Assembly: GCA_965204375.1 (NCBI GenBank)
Contig: OZ241986.1
Span: 256,001 to 320,000, forward strand
Reading direction: 5' to 3'
Length of the DNA: 64,000 nt
Origin: Candidatus Latescibacterota bacterium
GTDB taxonomy: Bacteria > Latescibacterota > UBA2968
Shown piece after piece: positions 29,197 to 39,091 of this stretch. Numbering within the stretch: position 1 is the stretch's first letter; each line of letters starts with the position of its first letter. The position numbers and the translations under genes were made by a program. Below the pieces are notes generated by a model, which saw nothing but the letters and a program-made list of their open reading frames with translations, was not told where the DNA came from and did no database searches.

Positions 29197-29886
29197 GTGC
29201 CTGTAATTGTGACAGAAGGAGTGACCAGAGTTTATTCGGGCGATGGCGTGCCCGTTCACGCCTTGCGCGGGATTGATCTGTCCATTGAATGCGGCGAATT
29301 TGCAGCGTTGGTCGGGCCGTCTGGGTCGGGGAAAACGACTTTTCTCAATATCATCTCCGGGCTGGATACACCAACAGATGGAAGGGTATGGCTCAATGGC
29401 AAACTTTTGTCGCGTATGAGTGGTAATGCGCTTTCGGATTTTCGGCGGGATAATATCGGATTTATTTTTCAAGCGTACAATTTGATTCCGGTGCTGACTG
29501 TCGAGGAAAATATTGAGTATATTATGCTCTTGCAAAAGGTGCCCAAATCTGAGCGGCACGAGCGCGTGCTGGCGATACTGGATGAGGTGGGATTGGGTGG
29601 GATGGAGAGTCGCAAGCCGACACAACTTTCGGGTGGACAGCAGCAGCGGGTCGCGATTGCGCGGGCTATGGTGTCTCAGCCCGCGATTATTCTGGCGGAT
29701 GAACCGACAGCGAATCTCGATTCAAAGATCGGTGCGGAGTTGCTCGATATGATGTATCGGCTCAATAAGCAGACTGGAATGACATTCATCTTTTCCACGC
29801 ACGATCCGATGGTGATGGCGCACGCGAGGCGGCTGATTACGCTGAAAGACGGAGGGATTGAGTGCGATGAGGTGAGGTCGCCATGA
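29197..29886 (+). CDS. ABC transporter ATP-binding protein (LolD-like)
   Basis: GPSGSGKT, LSGGQQQR, ILADEPTANLD, STHD. Confidence 0.95.
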   Translation: MPVIVTEGVTRVYSGDGVPVHALRGIDLSIECGEFAALVGPSGSGKTTFLNIISGLDTPTDGRVWLNGKLLSRMSGNALSDFRRDNIGFIFQAYNLIPVLTVEENIEYIMLLQKVPKSERHERVLAILDEVGLGGMESRKPTQLSGGQQQRVAIARAMVSQPAIILADEPTANLDSKIGAELLDMMYRLNKQTGMTFIFSTHDPMVMAHARRLITLKDGGIECDEVRSP

Positions 29887-31058
29887 GATGGCTTGTGGGG
29901 GCAATGATCGCGCTTTTGCCACAAGCTGTCACGGCTGTACAACTGGGCGGTTTTTACAAGGGTTTTGCCATCGCTTTTGATTCGCCACAAGCGGGTGTTC
30001 CCGTGAAGGGTATGGTGAGTAATCGGCTACGGATTAATCTCGCCAATTCGTTCAGCGATCACCTGTCGTTTGATCTCGCCTACGATTTTATCCTGCGTAT
30101 TCAGAATGAGAACCAGGCGGAGGTCCTTACTATTGATCCGCTCGATTATCGCGTTGCCGATCTGGATTCGCCTATTTATTCCGGTGAAAATGATTCCATC
30201 GGTAGCGTTGGCGTGTTTCAAAACCTCGACCGGGTCAATGTGACAGTGCGTTTGTCATTTGCAGATGCGATTGTCGGGCGCCAGGCGATTGCGTGGGGAA
30301 GTGCACGGGGCGTCAATCCGACGGATGTGATCGCGCCGTTTGCCTATAGCGAATTGGATACGGAAGCCCGCTCTGGTGTCGATGCCGTGCGCGTGCGCGT
30401 CCCGATTGGTGCACTGAGCGAAGTCGATGCAGGGTATGTGTTTGGGCGAGACTTCGCGGTTGATCGGGGTGCGTTTTTTGCTCGCGGTCAATTCAATGTG
30501 TCGGAAACCGATGTGTCGCCGCTACTCGTCCATTTCCGCGAGCAGTTGCTCGTTGGTATTGATGTCGCGCGTGGTATTGGAAGTGTTGGGGCGTGGATAG
30601 AGGGTGTCCGCGTTTTCACGATGGGACGAGATGCCGGGATTAGCGACTATTTTCGCGTATCTACAGGCATGGATTACAGCTTTGGCGGCGAGACTTATGG
30701 GTTCATCGAATACCACTTCAACGGAGCGGGGGTGCGCGACCCTGAAGATTATCTTGTCAATTTAAATCGCCCGACATATCGCGATGCTGCTGTCTATCTT
30801 ATGGGGATCCACTACTTCGCGCTCGGCACTACCCATCAACTCACGCCGCTGGTCGCGTTGAGCGGACAGTTTCTCGCCAATTTTGCAGACCCATCGTTCT
30901 TTTTTGCACCTGCTATCGAATACAATATCGAGCAGGATTTCTACCTTTCTGCAGGTGCGTTTATCGGCATTGGCGATCGTCCACAAGGTGAGCATTTCCA
31001 ATCCGAGTTCGGCGGGTATTCCAATATCCTGTTTCTTTCGTTCCGGATTTACTACTGA
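29883..31058 (+). CDS. Putative outer-membrane beta-barrel protein of the ABC cluster
   Basis: Signal peptide, GRQAIAWG..NPTD, GVDA, alternating beta-strand pattern, aromatic C-terminus (FRIYY). Confidence 0.65.
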   Translation: MRWLVGAMIALLPQAVTAVQLGGFYKGFAIAFDSPQAGVPVKGMVSNRLRINLANSFSDHLSFDLAYDFILRIQNENQAEVLTIDPLDYRVADLDSPIYSGENDSIGSVGVFQNLDRVNVTVRLSFADAIVGRQAIAWGSARGVNPTDVIAPFAYSELDTEARSGVDAVRVRVPIGALSEVDAGYVFGRDFAVDRGAFFARGQFNVSETDVSPLLVHFREQLLVGIDVARGIGSVGAWIEGVRVFTMGRDAGISDYFRVSTGMDYSFGGETYGFIEYHFNGAGVRDPEDYLVNLNRPTYRDAAVYLMGIHYFALGTTHQLTPLVALSGQFLANFADPSFFFAPAIEYNIEQDFYLSAGAFIGIGDRPQGEHFQSEFGGYSNILFLSFRIYY

Positions 31059-31163
31059 CGCAATTCAGACTTTGATCATTTTTCTTGACTTCACCTTCAC
31101 TACGCGTTTTCATATCAGCGCAATGGAGATAACTGATAACAGTTTTTTTTAGGAGGTAACGCG

Positions 31164-32027
31164 ATGCATGTGGGTATGCGAATCCCGCCGATGGGGCGGG
31201 AAATGGGGTTGGATGGCATTATTCAGTGGGCAGCAGAAAATGGTTTGGGGTCGATTGATCTGCCAGAAGTAGATGCTGAAATTCGCAAGTTGTGTGACAG
31301 TGCTGGGATTGGGATCGGCACTGTGGATTGGGGTGCAGGCGGTGGGTTGTTGAGCAAAGATGAAGGTGCGCGAGAAGAAGCTGTAGCCGCGATGAAAGCG
31401 CGCATTCAGGCGGTTGGAGAATACGGTTCAGGGGTGATTTTTTTATGTTTGGCTCCCGATGACCGATTGCAGGCACGGGCTGAGACATTTGAGGTGTTCA
31501 AGCAGGTTTATCCAGAGGTTGTGAAAGAGGCAGAAGCACACGGGGTTTTTCTCGCCATTGAACCCTGGCCTGGCCCGGCACCTGCATACCCGAATTTGGG
31601 TTGTACACCCGAGACCTTGCGGGCGGTGTTTGAGGTTGTTCCATCCCCCAATTTGGGTATGTGTTACGATCCGTCGCATTTTGCGCGTATCGGCGTCGAT
31701 TACAAGCGGGTGTTGGGAGAGTTTGGCGATCGGGTGCGGCATGTGCATGCAAAGGATACCGAGTTGTTGGCGGATGGACTGTACGAGTTTGGCTGTCTGG
31801 GCCAATCGTTTGGTCAGCGCTACGGTTATGGCGAGGGGTGGTGGCGTTACTGCATTCCCGGATGGGGTGTGGTGGATTGGAAATGGGTGATTGCGCGTCT
31901 GGAAGAATTGGGCTATGACGGGCCGCTGGCCATTGAATTGGAAGATCATCGCTACAGCGGCAGTGCCGAAAAGAATGCAGCGGGTATTTTGGCAGCGAAA
32001 AACTACCTCGAAGATATTTTGGGATGA
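31164..32027 (+). CDS. Sugar phosphate isomerase/epimerase
   Basis: AIEPW, YDPSH, HVHAKD, PGWG.VDW, IELED; AGGAGG RBS. Confidence 0.9.
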   Translation: MHVGMRIPPMGREMGLDGIIQWAAENGLGSIDLPEVDAEIRKLCDSAGIGIGTVDWGAGGGLLSKDEGAREEAVAAMKARIQAVGEYGSGVIFLCLAPDDRLQARAETFEVFKQVYPEVVKEAEAHGVFLAIEPWPGPAPAYPNLGCTPETLRAVFEVVPSPNLGMCYDPSHFARIGVDYKRVLGEFGDRVRHVHAKDTELLADGLYEFGCLGQSFGQRYGYGEGWWRYCIPGWGVVDWKWVIARLEELGYDGPLAIELEDHRYSGSAEKNAAGILAAKNYLEDILG

Positions 32028-32043
32028 ACTGCTGGATAAGGTT

Positions 32044-32085
32044 AAGCCCCCACAAGCGATATACCGTGGGGGCTTTTTGTTTTTT
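32044..32085. terminator. Intrinsic terminator between convergent genes
   Basis: AAGCCCCCAC...GTGGGGGCTTTTTGTTTTTT. Confidence 0.7.
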
Positions 32086-32093
32086 AAGCAGTA

Positions 32094-32981
32094 CTACCCC
32101 GATAAGGCGCGTTTCATTGTTGCGCCCATTTCGGCGGGGCTTTCGCATACGTGAATGCCGGCTTTTTGAAGCGCGCCCATTTTGTCGGCGGCGGTGCCCT
32201 GGCCGCCAGAGATAATTGCACCCGCATGTCCCATGCGCCGGCCCGGAGGTGCTGTTTGGCCCGCGATAAAACTGACCACGGGTTTGCCAAAGTGCGCTTT
32301 GACATAAGCGGCGGCTTCTTCTTCGGCGGTGCCGCCAATTTCCCCGATCATAATGACGGCATCTGTGTCGGAGTCGTCCTTGAAGAGTGCGAGGCAGTCT
32401 GTAAAGGTTGTGCCAATGATGGGGTCGCCGCCAATGCCCACACACGACGATTGACCAAAGCCACTATCGGTGAGTTGGGAGACCGCTTCATAGGTGAGTG
32501 TGCCGCTGCGCGAAATGACACCAATACGACCTTCGCGGTGGATCGCGCCGGGCATAATGCCGATTTTACACTTGCCCGGAGAAATCAGGCCCGGACAATT
32601 GGGGCCGATCAAACGCGTGTTTTTATCGGCCAGATAGTGTTTGGCTTTTAGCATGTCGAGCACGGGTATGTTCTCAGAAATGCAAACGACCAGAGGCAGG
32701 CCTGCATCGGCTGCTTCCATGATGGTGTCGGCTGCAAAGGGCGCGGGAACAAAATTGGCTGATGCCGTGGCACCTGTTTGTTCTACGGCATCGGATACAG
32801 TGTCAAAAACGGGTATGCCATCCACGCTCTCGCCGCCTTTGCCCGCGTTGACTACGCCGACGACACGAGTGCCGTAATCTACCATTTGTTCCAAGTGAAA
32901 TCGCGCTTCGCCACCCATTGCTCTGCTACTGGAAAAGCTCTGGACGATTACGCGGGTATTGCTGTCAATGAGGATGCTCAT
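32094..32981 (-). CDS. sucD: Succinyl-CoA synthetase alpha subunit
   Basis: [33 protein letters not shown] phospho-His motif. Confidence 0.95.
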   Translation of the reverse strand: MSILIDSNTRVIVQSFSSSRAMGGEARFHLEQMVDYGTRVVGVVNAGKGGESVDGIPVFDTVSDAVEQTGATASANFVPAPFAADTIMEAADAGLPLVVCISENIPVLDMLKAKHYLADKNTRLIGPNCPGLISPGKCKIGIMPGAIHREGRIGVISRSGTLTYEAVSQLTDSGFGQSSCVGIGGDPIIGTTFTDCLALFKDDSDTDAVIMIGEIGGTAEEEAAAYVKAHFGKPVVSFIAGQTAPPGRRMGHAGAIISGGQGTAADKMGALQKAGIHVCESPAEMGATMKRALSG

Positions 32982-33055
32982 AAAACTTGTTCCTTGTGGT
33001 TGAAATACGAATCAACGAATCAACGAAAACAGATGGGTGGTTGGGCGGGGTTCGT

Positions 33056-33742
33056 CTATTCGCGCTTCTTTGTTCGTTCTTCGATTGTGCCATCTGTTTT
33101 GCCGATGATGATGCGATCCGTCAGACCAATAAAAAGACCGCATTCGACCACGCCGCACAAGGCGTTGATTTTTGCTTCGAGCGCGGGCGGGTCGTCAATG
33201 CGACCAAAGTCGCAATCGATGATGTAATTGCCGTTGTCTGTGACAAAAGGGGTGTTGTCCTGCGCGTTGCGAAGTGCGGGGTGACAGCCCAGGTCTGCGA
33301 GCAGGCGTTTTATGGCTTGCCAGCCAAAGGGAATGACCTCAACGGGCAGGGGAAAAGCGCCCAGGTGCGCCACGGGTTTGGATTCGTCGGCGACGATGAT
33401 TTCCCTGTCGGATAGAGAGGCAACGATTTTTTCTCGCAAAAGCGCGCCGCCGCCACCTTTTATGAGGTTAAAGTCCGGGTCAAATTCATCTGCGCCGTCA
33501 ATGGTCAGATCAATGCGGGTAACTCTGCCGAAGTCGGTGAGTGGGATATTTTCCGATTCCGCCTGAATGCGCGATTGCTCTGAGGTGGGTATGCCACATA
33601 TATCGAGCCCTTCAGCGATGCGCTGGCCGAGTTTTTGAATTGCAAAAAAAGCCGTTGATCCTGTGCCCAGACCGACGACCATGCCATCTTCGACATATTC
33701 GGCAGCCCGTTCTCCTGATAGTTGCTTGGGGTTAATTGTCAT
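33056..33742 (-). CDS. rpiA: Ribose-5-phosphate isomerase A
   Basis: GLGTGST, DGADE, KGGGGALLREK, TDNGN, GVVECGLF. Confidence 0.96.
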   Translation of the reverse strand: MTINPKQLSGERAAEYVEDGMVVGLGTGSTAFFAIQKLGQRIAEGLDICGIPTSEQSRIQAESENIPLTDFGRVTRIDLTIDGADEFDPDFNLIKGGGGALLREKIVASLSDREIIVADESKPVAHLGAFPLPVEVIPFGWQAIKRLLADLGCHPALRNAQDNTPFVTDNGNYIIDCDFGRIDDPPALEAKINALCGVVECGLFIGLTDRIIIGKTDGTIEERTKKRE

Positions 33743-33917
33743 ATCTATTCCATCCTTACGCAATAAAAACAAGCGAAAAGATAAATGGAAGATAGTGATT
33801 TGGCAATGATTTTGACTCAGACAGGCACGGTATTTTTTTATTTATTTTTTTTAAAAATTGTCATACTCTATCAAATAGGCAGGACAAAGTTGAATATGAT
33901 TAAATTCGGAGAAAAAT

Positions 33918-34754
33918 ATGGCTTATCGCACATTGGAAGATTTTTTTGGTGATATTGTGGGTAAAGCGCGTCGGGGACAGGGGATTTCGGAATCGGAGCT
34001 GGCGCAACAGGTGGGGCTTAGTGTTCGACAAATCGGGCAAATAGAATCGTACGATCTGACGCCCGATGATCAGGCCATTTGCCGACTTGCAGACGCACTT
34101 CATCTCGATGGTGAAAAATTGGTGGAAGTGGCGCGTGGATGGGTGCCAGCGCAGGGCAATGCGGCGTTTGAAGACAAGAATATGCGGGTTGACCGATTGA
34201 TTCTCGATGCGGGCATGACGGTGAATTGTTATGTCCTAAAGTGTAAGGCGTCGGGCAAAGGAGCTGTGATTGATCCCGGTGGGCAGGCGCAGTTGATTTT
34301 GGATGCGATTGCCGATATACAGGTGACGCACATTTTGCTCACACACGGGCACGGCGATCACGTCGGGGCACTCGAAGCCGTTGCCGATGCGACACAGGCG
34401 CAGGTGTGTGGTTGCGAGCGCGATTTTTCGTTGATGGCCGGGCGCAGCCAGCGGGTGACGGAACGCGTGGATGAGGGGTGGCAAACAGCGATTGGCGAAC
34501 TCGGTATTGATACGGTGAGTTTGCCCGGGCACACGGGCGGTGGTATTGGGTATTATACTTCACCTGTGTTTTTTTCGGGCGACGCGCTATTTGCGGGTTC
34601 TCTGGGAGGGGCGAGGGGAGATGCCTACCGAGGGCAAATTCAGGCCGTGCGTGCGAAGGTGCTCTCTCTACCAGGAGAAACGACCATTTTCCCCGGTCAT
34701 GGTCCGATTACGTCTGTAGTGCAAGAGCTGGCGCACAATCCCTATTTTGTTTGA
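33918..34754 (+). CDS. XRE-type HTH fused to an MBL-fold metallo-hydrolase
   Basis: N-terminal RRGQGISESELAQQVGLS...IE; THGHGDH, PGHT, SGDALF, PGHG. Confidence 0.85.
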   Translation: MAYRTLEDFFGDIVGKARRGQGISESELAQQVGLSVRQIGQIESYDLTPDDQAICRLADALHLDGEKLVEVARGWVPAQGNAAFEDKNMRVDRLILDAGMTVNCYVLKCKASGKGAVIDPGGQAQLILDAIADIQVTHILLTHGHGDHVGALEAVADATQAQVCGCERDFSLMAGRSQRVTERVDEGWQTAIGELGIDTVSLPGHTGGGIGYYTSPVFFSGDALFAGSLGGARGDAYRGQIQAVRAKVLSLPGETTIFPGHGPITSVVQELAHNPYFV

Positions 34755-34774
34755 AAAGAATCCGGGAACCTTTT

Positions 34775-34972
34775 TTATTCTTTTTCGGATGCCTGGGTTT
34801 CAACCCATTGTCCAATGGCCTGGCGAATGGATTCGACTGCGGCTTTTTTGCGCTCAAGGCGGTCAATATGCACACGTAGCTGATCAATTTGTGCGTCGAG
34901 ATCTCGAAGTTCACCATTTGCTGCTTCAAGTGCTTGTTGATACAGGGGTGCGCTATGGGTCGGTTCTGCCAT
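34775..34972 (-). CDS. Small coiled-coil hypothetical protein
   Basis: AAGGAG RBS, 65 aa, heptad pattern LRDLDAQIDQLRVHIDRLE. Confidence 0.6.
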   Translation of the reverse strand: MAEPTHSAPLYQQALEAANGELRDLDAQIDQLRVHIDRLERKKAAVESIRQAIGQWVETQASEKE

Positions 34973-35324
34973 GAATTGTGCTCCTTGTAGTAAAAAAATG
35001 AAATACGCGATCTGGCTAAACATAACCTGTGTGGCCTTGCGTCGTCAAGTGCGAAAAAGTCCGCTCGCTGTTGGTTTGTGAAAACGATGTATTTTTTTGT
35101 CTTTACAACCCGTCACAATTTATTACAATTTTCAGGGGAACGAAGAGGTTCTGCCAGTTGTTTAATGCCGTAAATACTAATTTACAAGAGACATGCAACT
35201 TTCTTTTGATTCACGCATTTAAAAAAAGTAGTAAATTCCAATATTATAGTGGGCGTTGAGAGTATGTCAACGCTGTCTCACAGGGATATTTCTCACTGTT
35301 GATTTCGTTGCAAAGGAGCTAAAC

Positions 35325-38300
35325 ATGGCTCGGTGGTGTCTTTTCGTGCGAAGCGCAATATGCGTCCTCATTTTGGGTGTTTCAAGCTCTGCTTTCGGGC
35401 AGGAATATTTTGGCAAAAACAAGGTCAATTACAGCCAGTATGCCTGGCATTATATCGACAGTGAACACTTCACGGTTTATTTTGACAAGGGTTCACTGGG
35501 GCTGGCCGAGTTTGTTGCCAAAGAAGCCGAAAGATCTCTGGTACACATTGAGAAAACGCTGAAATACACGATGAAGGATCGCTATCCCATTGTTATTTAC
35601 AATTCTCACAATGGATTTTCAGTGTCGAATATTATCAGCGGGGAACAGTCTGAGTTTACGGGCGGATATACCGAGTTTGCACAGGGGCGCGTGGTGATTC
35701 CCTTTACGGGATCTTATGGAGATTTGCAGCACGTCATTCATCACGAACTCGTTCACGCTGTTACAATTGAGTTGTGGACCGGTGGCGGTTGGTTGGGGTC
35801 TCTGGTTTCGCAAACATCGACGTTACCTCCACTGTGGATTGCCGAGGGCATTGCCGAGTATGTATCTCGATATGGCTGGCACAAAGAGCACGATAATTTT
35901 ATGCGCGATGCAACCATTACCGGATATGTTCCGACTATCGAAATGATGTCCATGAGTTATTTTGCCTATCCCGGTGGCAATTCAGTTTTTTATATGATAG
36001 AACAGGAATACGGCAAGGACAAAGTGGCATCTTTTATTTCTTCTTTCCGCACGGCCAAAAATCCCGATAAAGCACTCAAAGCATCTCTGGGATTTGGGAT
36101 GAAGGAATTGGAGGAAAAATATCAATTGTGGCTCAAGCGGCAATACTGGAATGAGATCAATTTGCGCCATACGCCCAAAGAGATGGCAACAAATTTGACA
36201 GAGCACGAAGATAGGCGTTCGGCGTATAATTTAGCTGCTGCGTTATCTCCACAAGGCGACAAGGTCGCGTATTTGACCGACCGGAATGGCACATTTGATA
36301 TTTATTTGATGTCGGCGATTGATGGCAAAGACTTGGGGCGTTTGGTCGAGGGACAAAAATCGTCTGCTTTTGAGTCGATGTTTGTTTTGCGGCCCGGATT
36401 TACCTGGTCGCCGGATGGTCGGCATATTGCATTCGCCGCTAAATCGAATAATAAAAATACCCTGTATATCCTCGAAGTTAAAAATAAACAGATTCGCAAG
36501 CGCTTTAAGTTTGACCTCGATGGCTTGTTTGAACCCACCTGGGCGCCAGATGGGAAAAAAATAGCCGTCGCGGGTATTAAAGATGGCTGGTCCGATGTCT
36601 ATGTGGTCGATTTGAACGATGAGTCGCTTACTCGGCTTACAAATGATCCCTATGACGAACGGCATCTGGATTGGTCGCCCGACGGCACCTGGATCGCCAT
36701 GAGTTCTGATCGTCCCGATACCCATTTGAAGTTTAGCGGGGAGAAGGATTTTGCTTTTGGTCAGTACGATATTTTCTTACTGCGTACAGATGGCTCTGAG
36801 ATGCGCCGCATTGTCGCTTCTGAAGATGCCGAAGATTCGCATCCCGTGTGGGGTGCCGATAGCAAACACGTCGCCTTTGTTTCTGACCGCACGGGTGTGG
36901 GCAATATCTATATTGCAAATGTTGACAGTACGCAGGAGATATATCCCATTACCAATTTGCTGTCAGGGGCGCAATATCTCGATTGGTCAGCCGATGGCAA
37001 AAAGGTCGTGTTCAATGCGTTTCACAAGGGTGCCCTGGATATATTTGTGATGCGCGACCCACTCGCGCAGCGAAAAGAAATGGCGGATTTGCCGCGTACC
37101 CGGTTTGTCAAGCGCCTTGCTGGCGAAGATGAAAAGATGTTTGTCGAGTTGCAAAAAGAAAAATATGCGAGCCGTAAGATTGACAAAGTAGAAGCCGACA
37201 GCACCGCGGTCGATTCGACAGCAGAAAAAACAGAAAAGGAAGTAGCGCAGTGGATTTCCGATCAGGAAGCGCTTGCAGCGGCAGAGAGTGCACCTGCCGA
37301 TAGCACGGCTGAGATCGATACCACACATCCGGTTGCAGGCAGTCCAGAAATGGTCGATACTGGCAAACAAGGGGTGAAAAATTGGGGTGAAAAGGAATTT
37401 CTGGTTAAGAAATACAAGCTGAAATTCAAGCCCGAACTATTTGGTGCTCAGGCGGGGTTTGATACGTTCTACGGTGTGAGTAGCTCTATTGTATTGTCGA
37501 TGAGTGATGTGATGGGCGATCACCGCGCCACGTTGGTGACGAGTCTGAATTTTTCGCTCAAAGACAGCGATTTTCTGCTCGCTTATGCTTATTTGAAGAA
37601 TCGCACAAATTACGGTGCGCAACTTTTTCACACGCGGTTCTTTTTCTTTGACAGTACAGGTCGCCTGACTGCAGATCGATATTACGGGCTTGCGGGGGGG
37701 CTTGAGCGACCATTTAACCGGTTTGCCCGTTTGGAACTCAGTACGCGTTTTGTATCTATTGATCGCGAAGAGGTGTTTACCGATAGAAATACTAATCCGT
37801 ATTATCAGCCGGGCTTTCGCGGCGTTGGGCGGTTTACGAGCGAATTGATCAACCGCCGTCGGGCGGCTATCGGTGAGATGGCTCTGGTGGGCGATAGCGC
37901 GCTGTACAGTTTGTTTGGCGCGGTAGATGGGCATCGCTATCGGGTGAATTTTGAAGGCTCTGGCGTGGGCATGAAATTTGCTACATTTACGCTGGATTAT
38001 CGCAAATATATGCGGTTGTTAAATGAATATACTTTTGCAATCCGAATGTCGGGCGGAACGAGTTATGGCCCCAACAGCACCGTGTTTTTCTTGGGCGGTG
38101 TGAACAATCCGGTCAATCCGACATTTTCAACCATTGCCAGTGTTGATCAGAGTCGCGTCTTTTTCTCTTCTTACGTCTGGCCCCTTCGAGGCGCGAGATT
38201 GCTCGAAATGGCGGGTGATTCTTATGTACTGGCCAATGTCGCATTTCGGTTCCCGCTCATCCGGCAATTGGCCATGGGCTGGCCCTTACCGTTTTTCTTC

Positions 38301-38591
38301 CAGAATGTACAGGGCGAATTGTTCTTCGACATTGGAGGTGCTTTTGATCGCGCCAATTGGAGAGATGGGTGGGTCTCCCGAGATGGGGGATTTGAGCTCA
38401 ATACGCCGCAAAACTTTAATACGCCGGAAATCAGGAAAACAAAACCGCAGATAGCCGCCGGGTATGGGTTTGGGGTGCGGGTAAATTTGGGCTATTTCCT
38501 GTTCCGCTACGATCTGGCATGGCCCACGGATCTCGCAGAAACATATCATCCTCACCAGTATTTCTCAATTGATTTCACGGGCTTGTTCTAA
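35325..38591 (+). CDS. Gluzincin-like domain + TolB/PD40 beta-propeller + Omp85 (BamA/TamA-like) barrel protein
   Basis: HELVH...W..EG.AEY; repeated WSPDG units; C-terminal FFLGG, PLRG, GFGVR and terminal F. Confidence 0.82.
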   Translation: MARWCLFVRSAICVLILGVSSSAFGQEYFGKNKVNYSQYAWHYIDSEHFTVYFDKGSLGLAEFVAKEAERSLVHIEKTLKYTMKDRYPIVIYNSHNGFSVSNIISGEQSEFTGGYTEFAQGRVVIPFTGSYGDLQHVIHHELVHAVTIELWTGGGWLGSLVSQTSTLPPLWIAEGIAEYVSRYGWHKEHDNFMRDATITGYVPTIEMMSMSYFAYPGGNSVFYMIEQEYGKDKVASFISSFRTAKNPDKALKASLGFGMKELEEKYQLWLKRQYWNEINLRHTPKEMATNLTEHEDRRSAYNLAAALSPQGDKVAYLTDRNGTFDIYLMSAIDGKDLGRLVEGQKSSAFESMFVLRPGFTWSPDGRHIAFAAKSNNKNTLYILEVKNKQIRKRFKFDLDGLFEPTWAPDGKKIAVAGIKDGWSDVYVVDLNDESLTRLTNDPYDERHLDWSPDGTWIAMSSDRPDTHLKFSGEKDFAFGQYDIFLLRTDGSEMRRIVASEDAEDSHPVWGADSKHVAFVSDRTGVGNIYIANVDSTQEIYPITNLLSGAQYLDWSADGKKVVFNAFHKGALDIFVMRDPLAQRKEMADLPRTRFVKRLAGEDEKMFVELQKEKYASRKIDKVEADSTAVDSTAEKTEKEVAQWISDQEALAAAESAPADSTAEIDTTHPVAGSPEMVDTGKQGVKNWGEKEFLVKKYKLKFKPELFGAQAGFDTFYGVSSSIVLSMSDVMGDHRATLVTSLNFSLKDSDFLLAYAYLKNRTNYGAQLFHTRFFFFDSTGRLTADRYYGLAGGLERPFNRFARLELSTRFVSIDREEVFTDRNTNPYYQPGFRGVGRFTSELINRRRAAIGEMALVGDSALYSLFGAVDGHRYRVNFEGSGVGMKFATFTLDYRKYMRLLNEYTFAIRMSGGTSYGPNSTVFFLGGVNNPVNPTFSTIASVDQSRVFFSSYVWPLRGARLLEMAGDSYVLANVAFRFPLIRQLAMGWPLPFFFQNVQGELFFDIGGAFDRANWRDGWVSRDGGFELNTPQNFNTPEIRKTKPQIAAGYGFGVRVNLGYFLFRYDLAWPTDLAETYHPHQYFSIDFTGLF

Positions 38592-38593
38592 TC

Positions 38594-38620
38594 CGCAGAT
38601 GTACGCAGATGTACGCAGAT
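38594..38620. repeat. 10-bp tandem repeat
   Basis: CGCAGATGTA CGCAGATGTA CGCAGAT directly after the stop codon. Confidence 0.7.
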
Positions 38621-38654
38621 AAAAGGCGAGATTAGGGTTGGATGAAAACCGATG

Positions 38655-38687
38655 AGGAGAGGCGTGCTGTACGTCTCTCCTTTTTTT
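38655..38687 (+). terminator. Intrinsic terminator
   Basis: AGGAGAGGCGT...ACGTCTCTCCT followed by a T tract. Confidence 0.7.
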
Positions 38688-38773
38688 GTCAGGTTGATAG
38701 ATGGTGATTTTTTTTGTATTATTTGAAGTGATCAAAACGCGAGGTGAGAAAGATTTTTTATGAGGGATTTGTT

Positions 38774-39088
38774 ATGGCAGCCAAAGAGTATTACATGGCG
38801 GGGTTGGGTAAGTTAGGGGCTGGAGATTTGGAAGGCGCGATTACCGAATTTGAGAAGGCTGTATCTGACGATGCCTCGTTTTACATGGCGCATCTGGGAT
38901 GGGCACAGGCACTGGACCGGCAGGGAAAGATTGACGAGGCAATTGAACAGGTCAACTGCGCTTTGCAAATTGTTCCCGATGAGGCTCTCGCACATACGAG
39001 TCTATCGCGATTATATCAGCAGAAAGGGATGATTGAAGAGGCCGAAGAGGAAATGGCTATTTCTCACAAACTCTCTCAAAATAGTTGA
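38774..39088 (+). CDS. Small TPR protein
   Basis: TPR pattern A...G.....G....AI..F.KA and AHTSLSRLYQQKG. Confidence 0.8.
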   Translation: MAAKEYYMAGLGKLGAGDLEGAITEFEKAVSDDASFYMAHLGWAQALDRQGKIDEAIEQVNCALQIVPDEALAHTSLSRLYQQKGMIEEAEEEMAISHKLSQNS

Positions 39089-39091
39089 AAA

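Noticed and set aside
31498-32445. 315-aa minus-strand ORF and similar long antisense or alternate-frame ORFs (e.g. 5066-5806, 56162-56986)
   Set aside because: They overlap well-supported genes, have biased low-information composition and show no family motifs.
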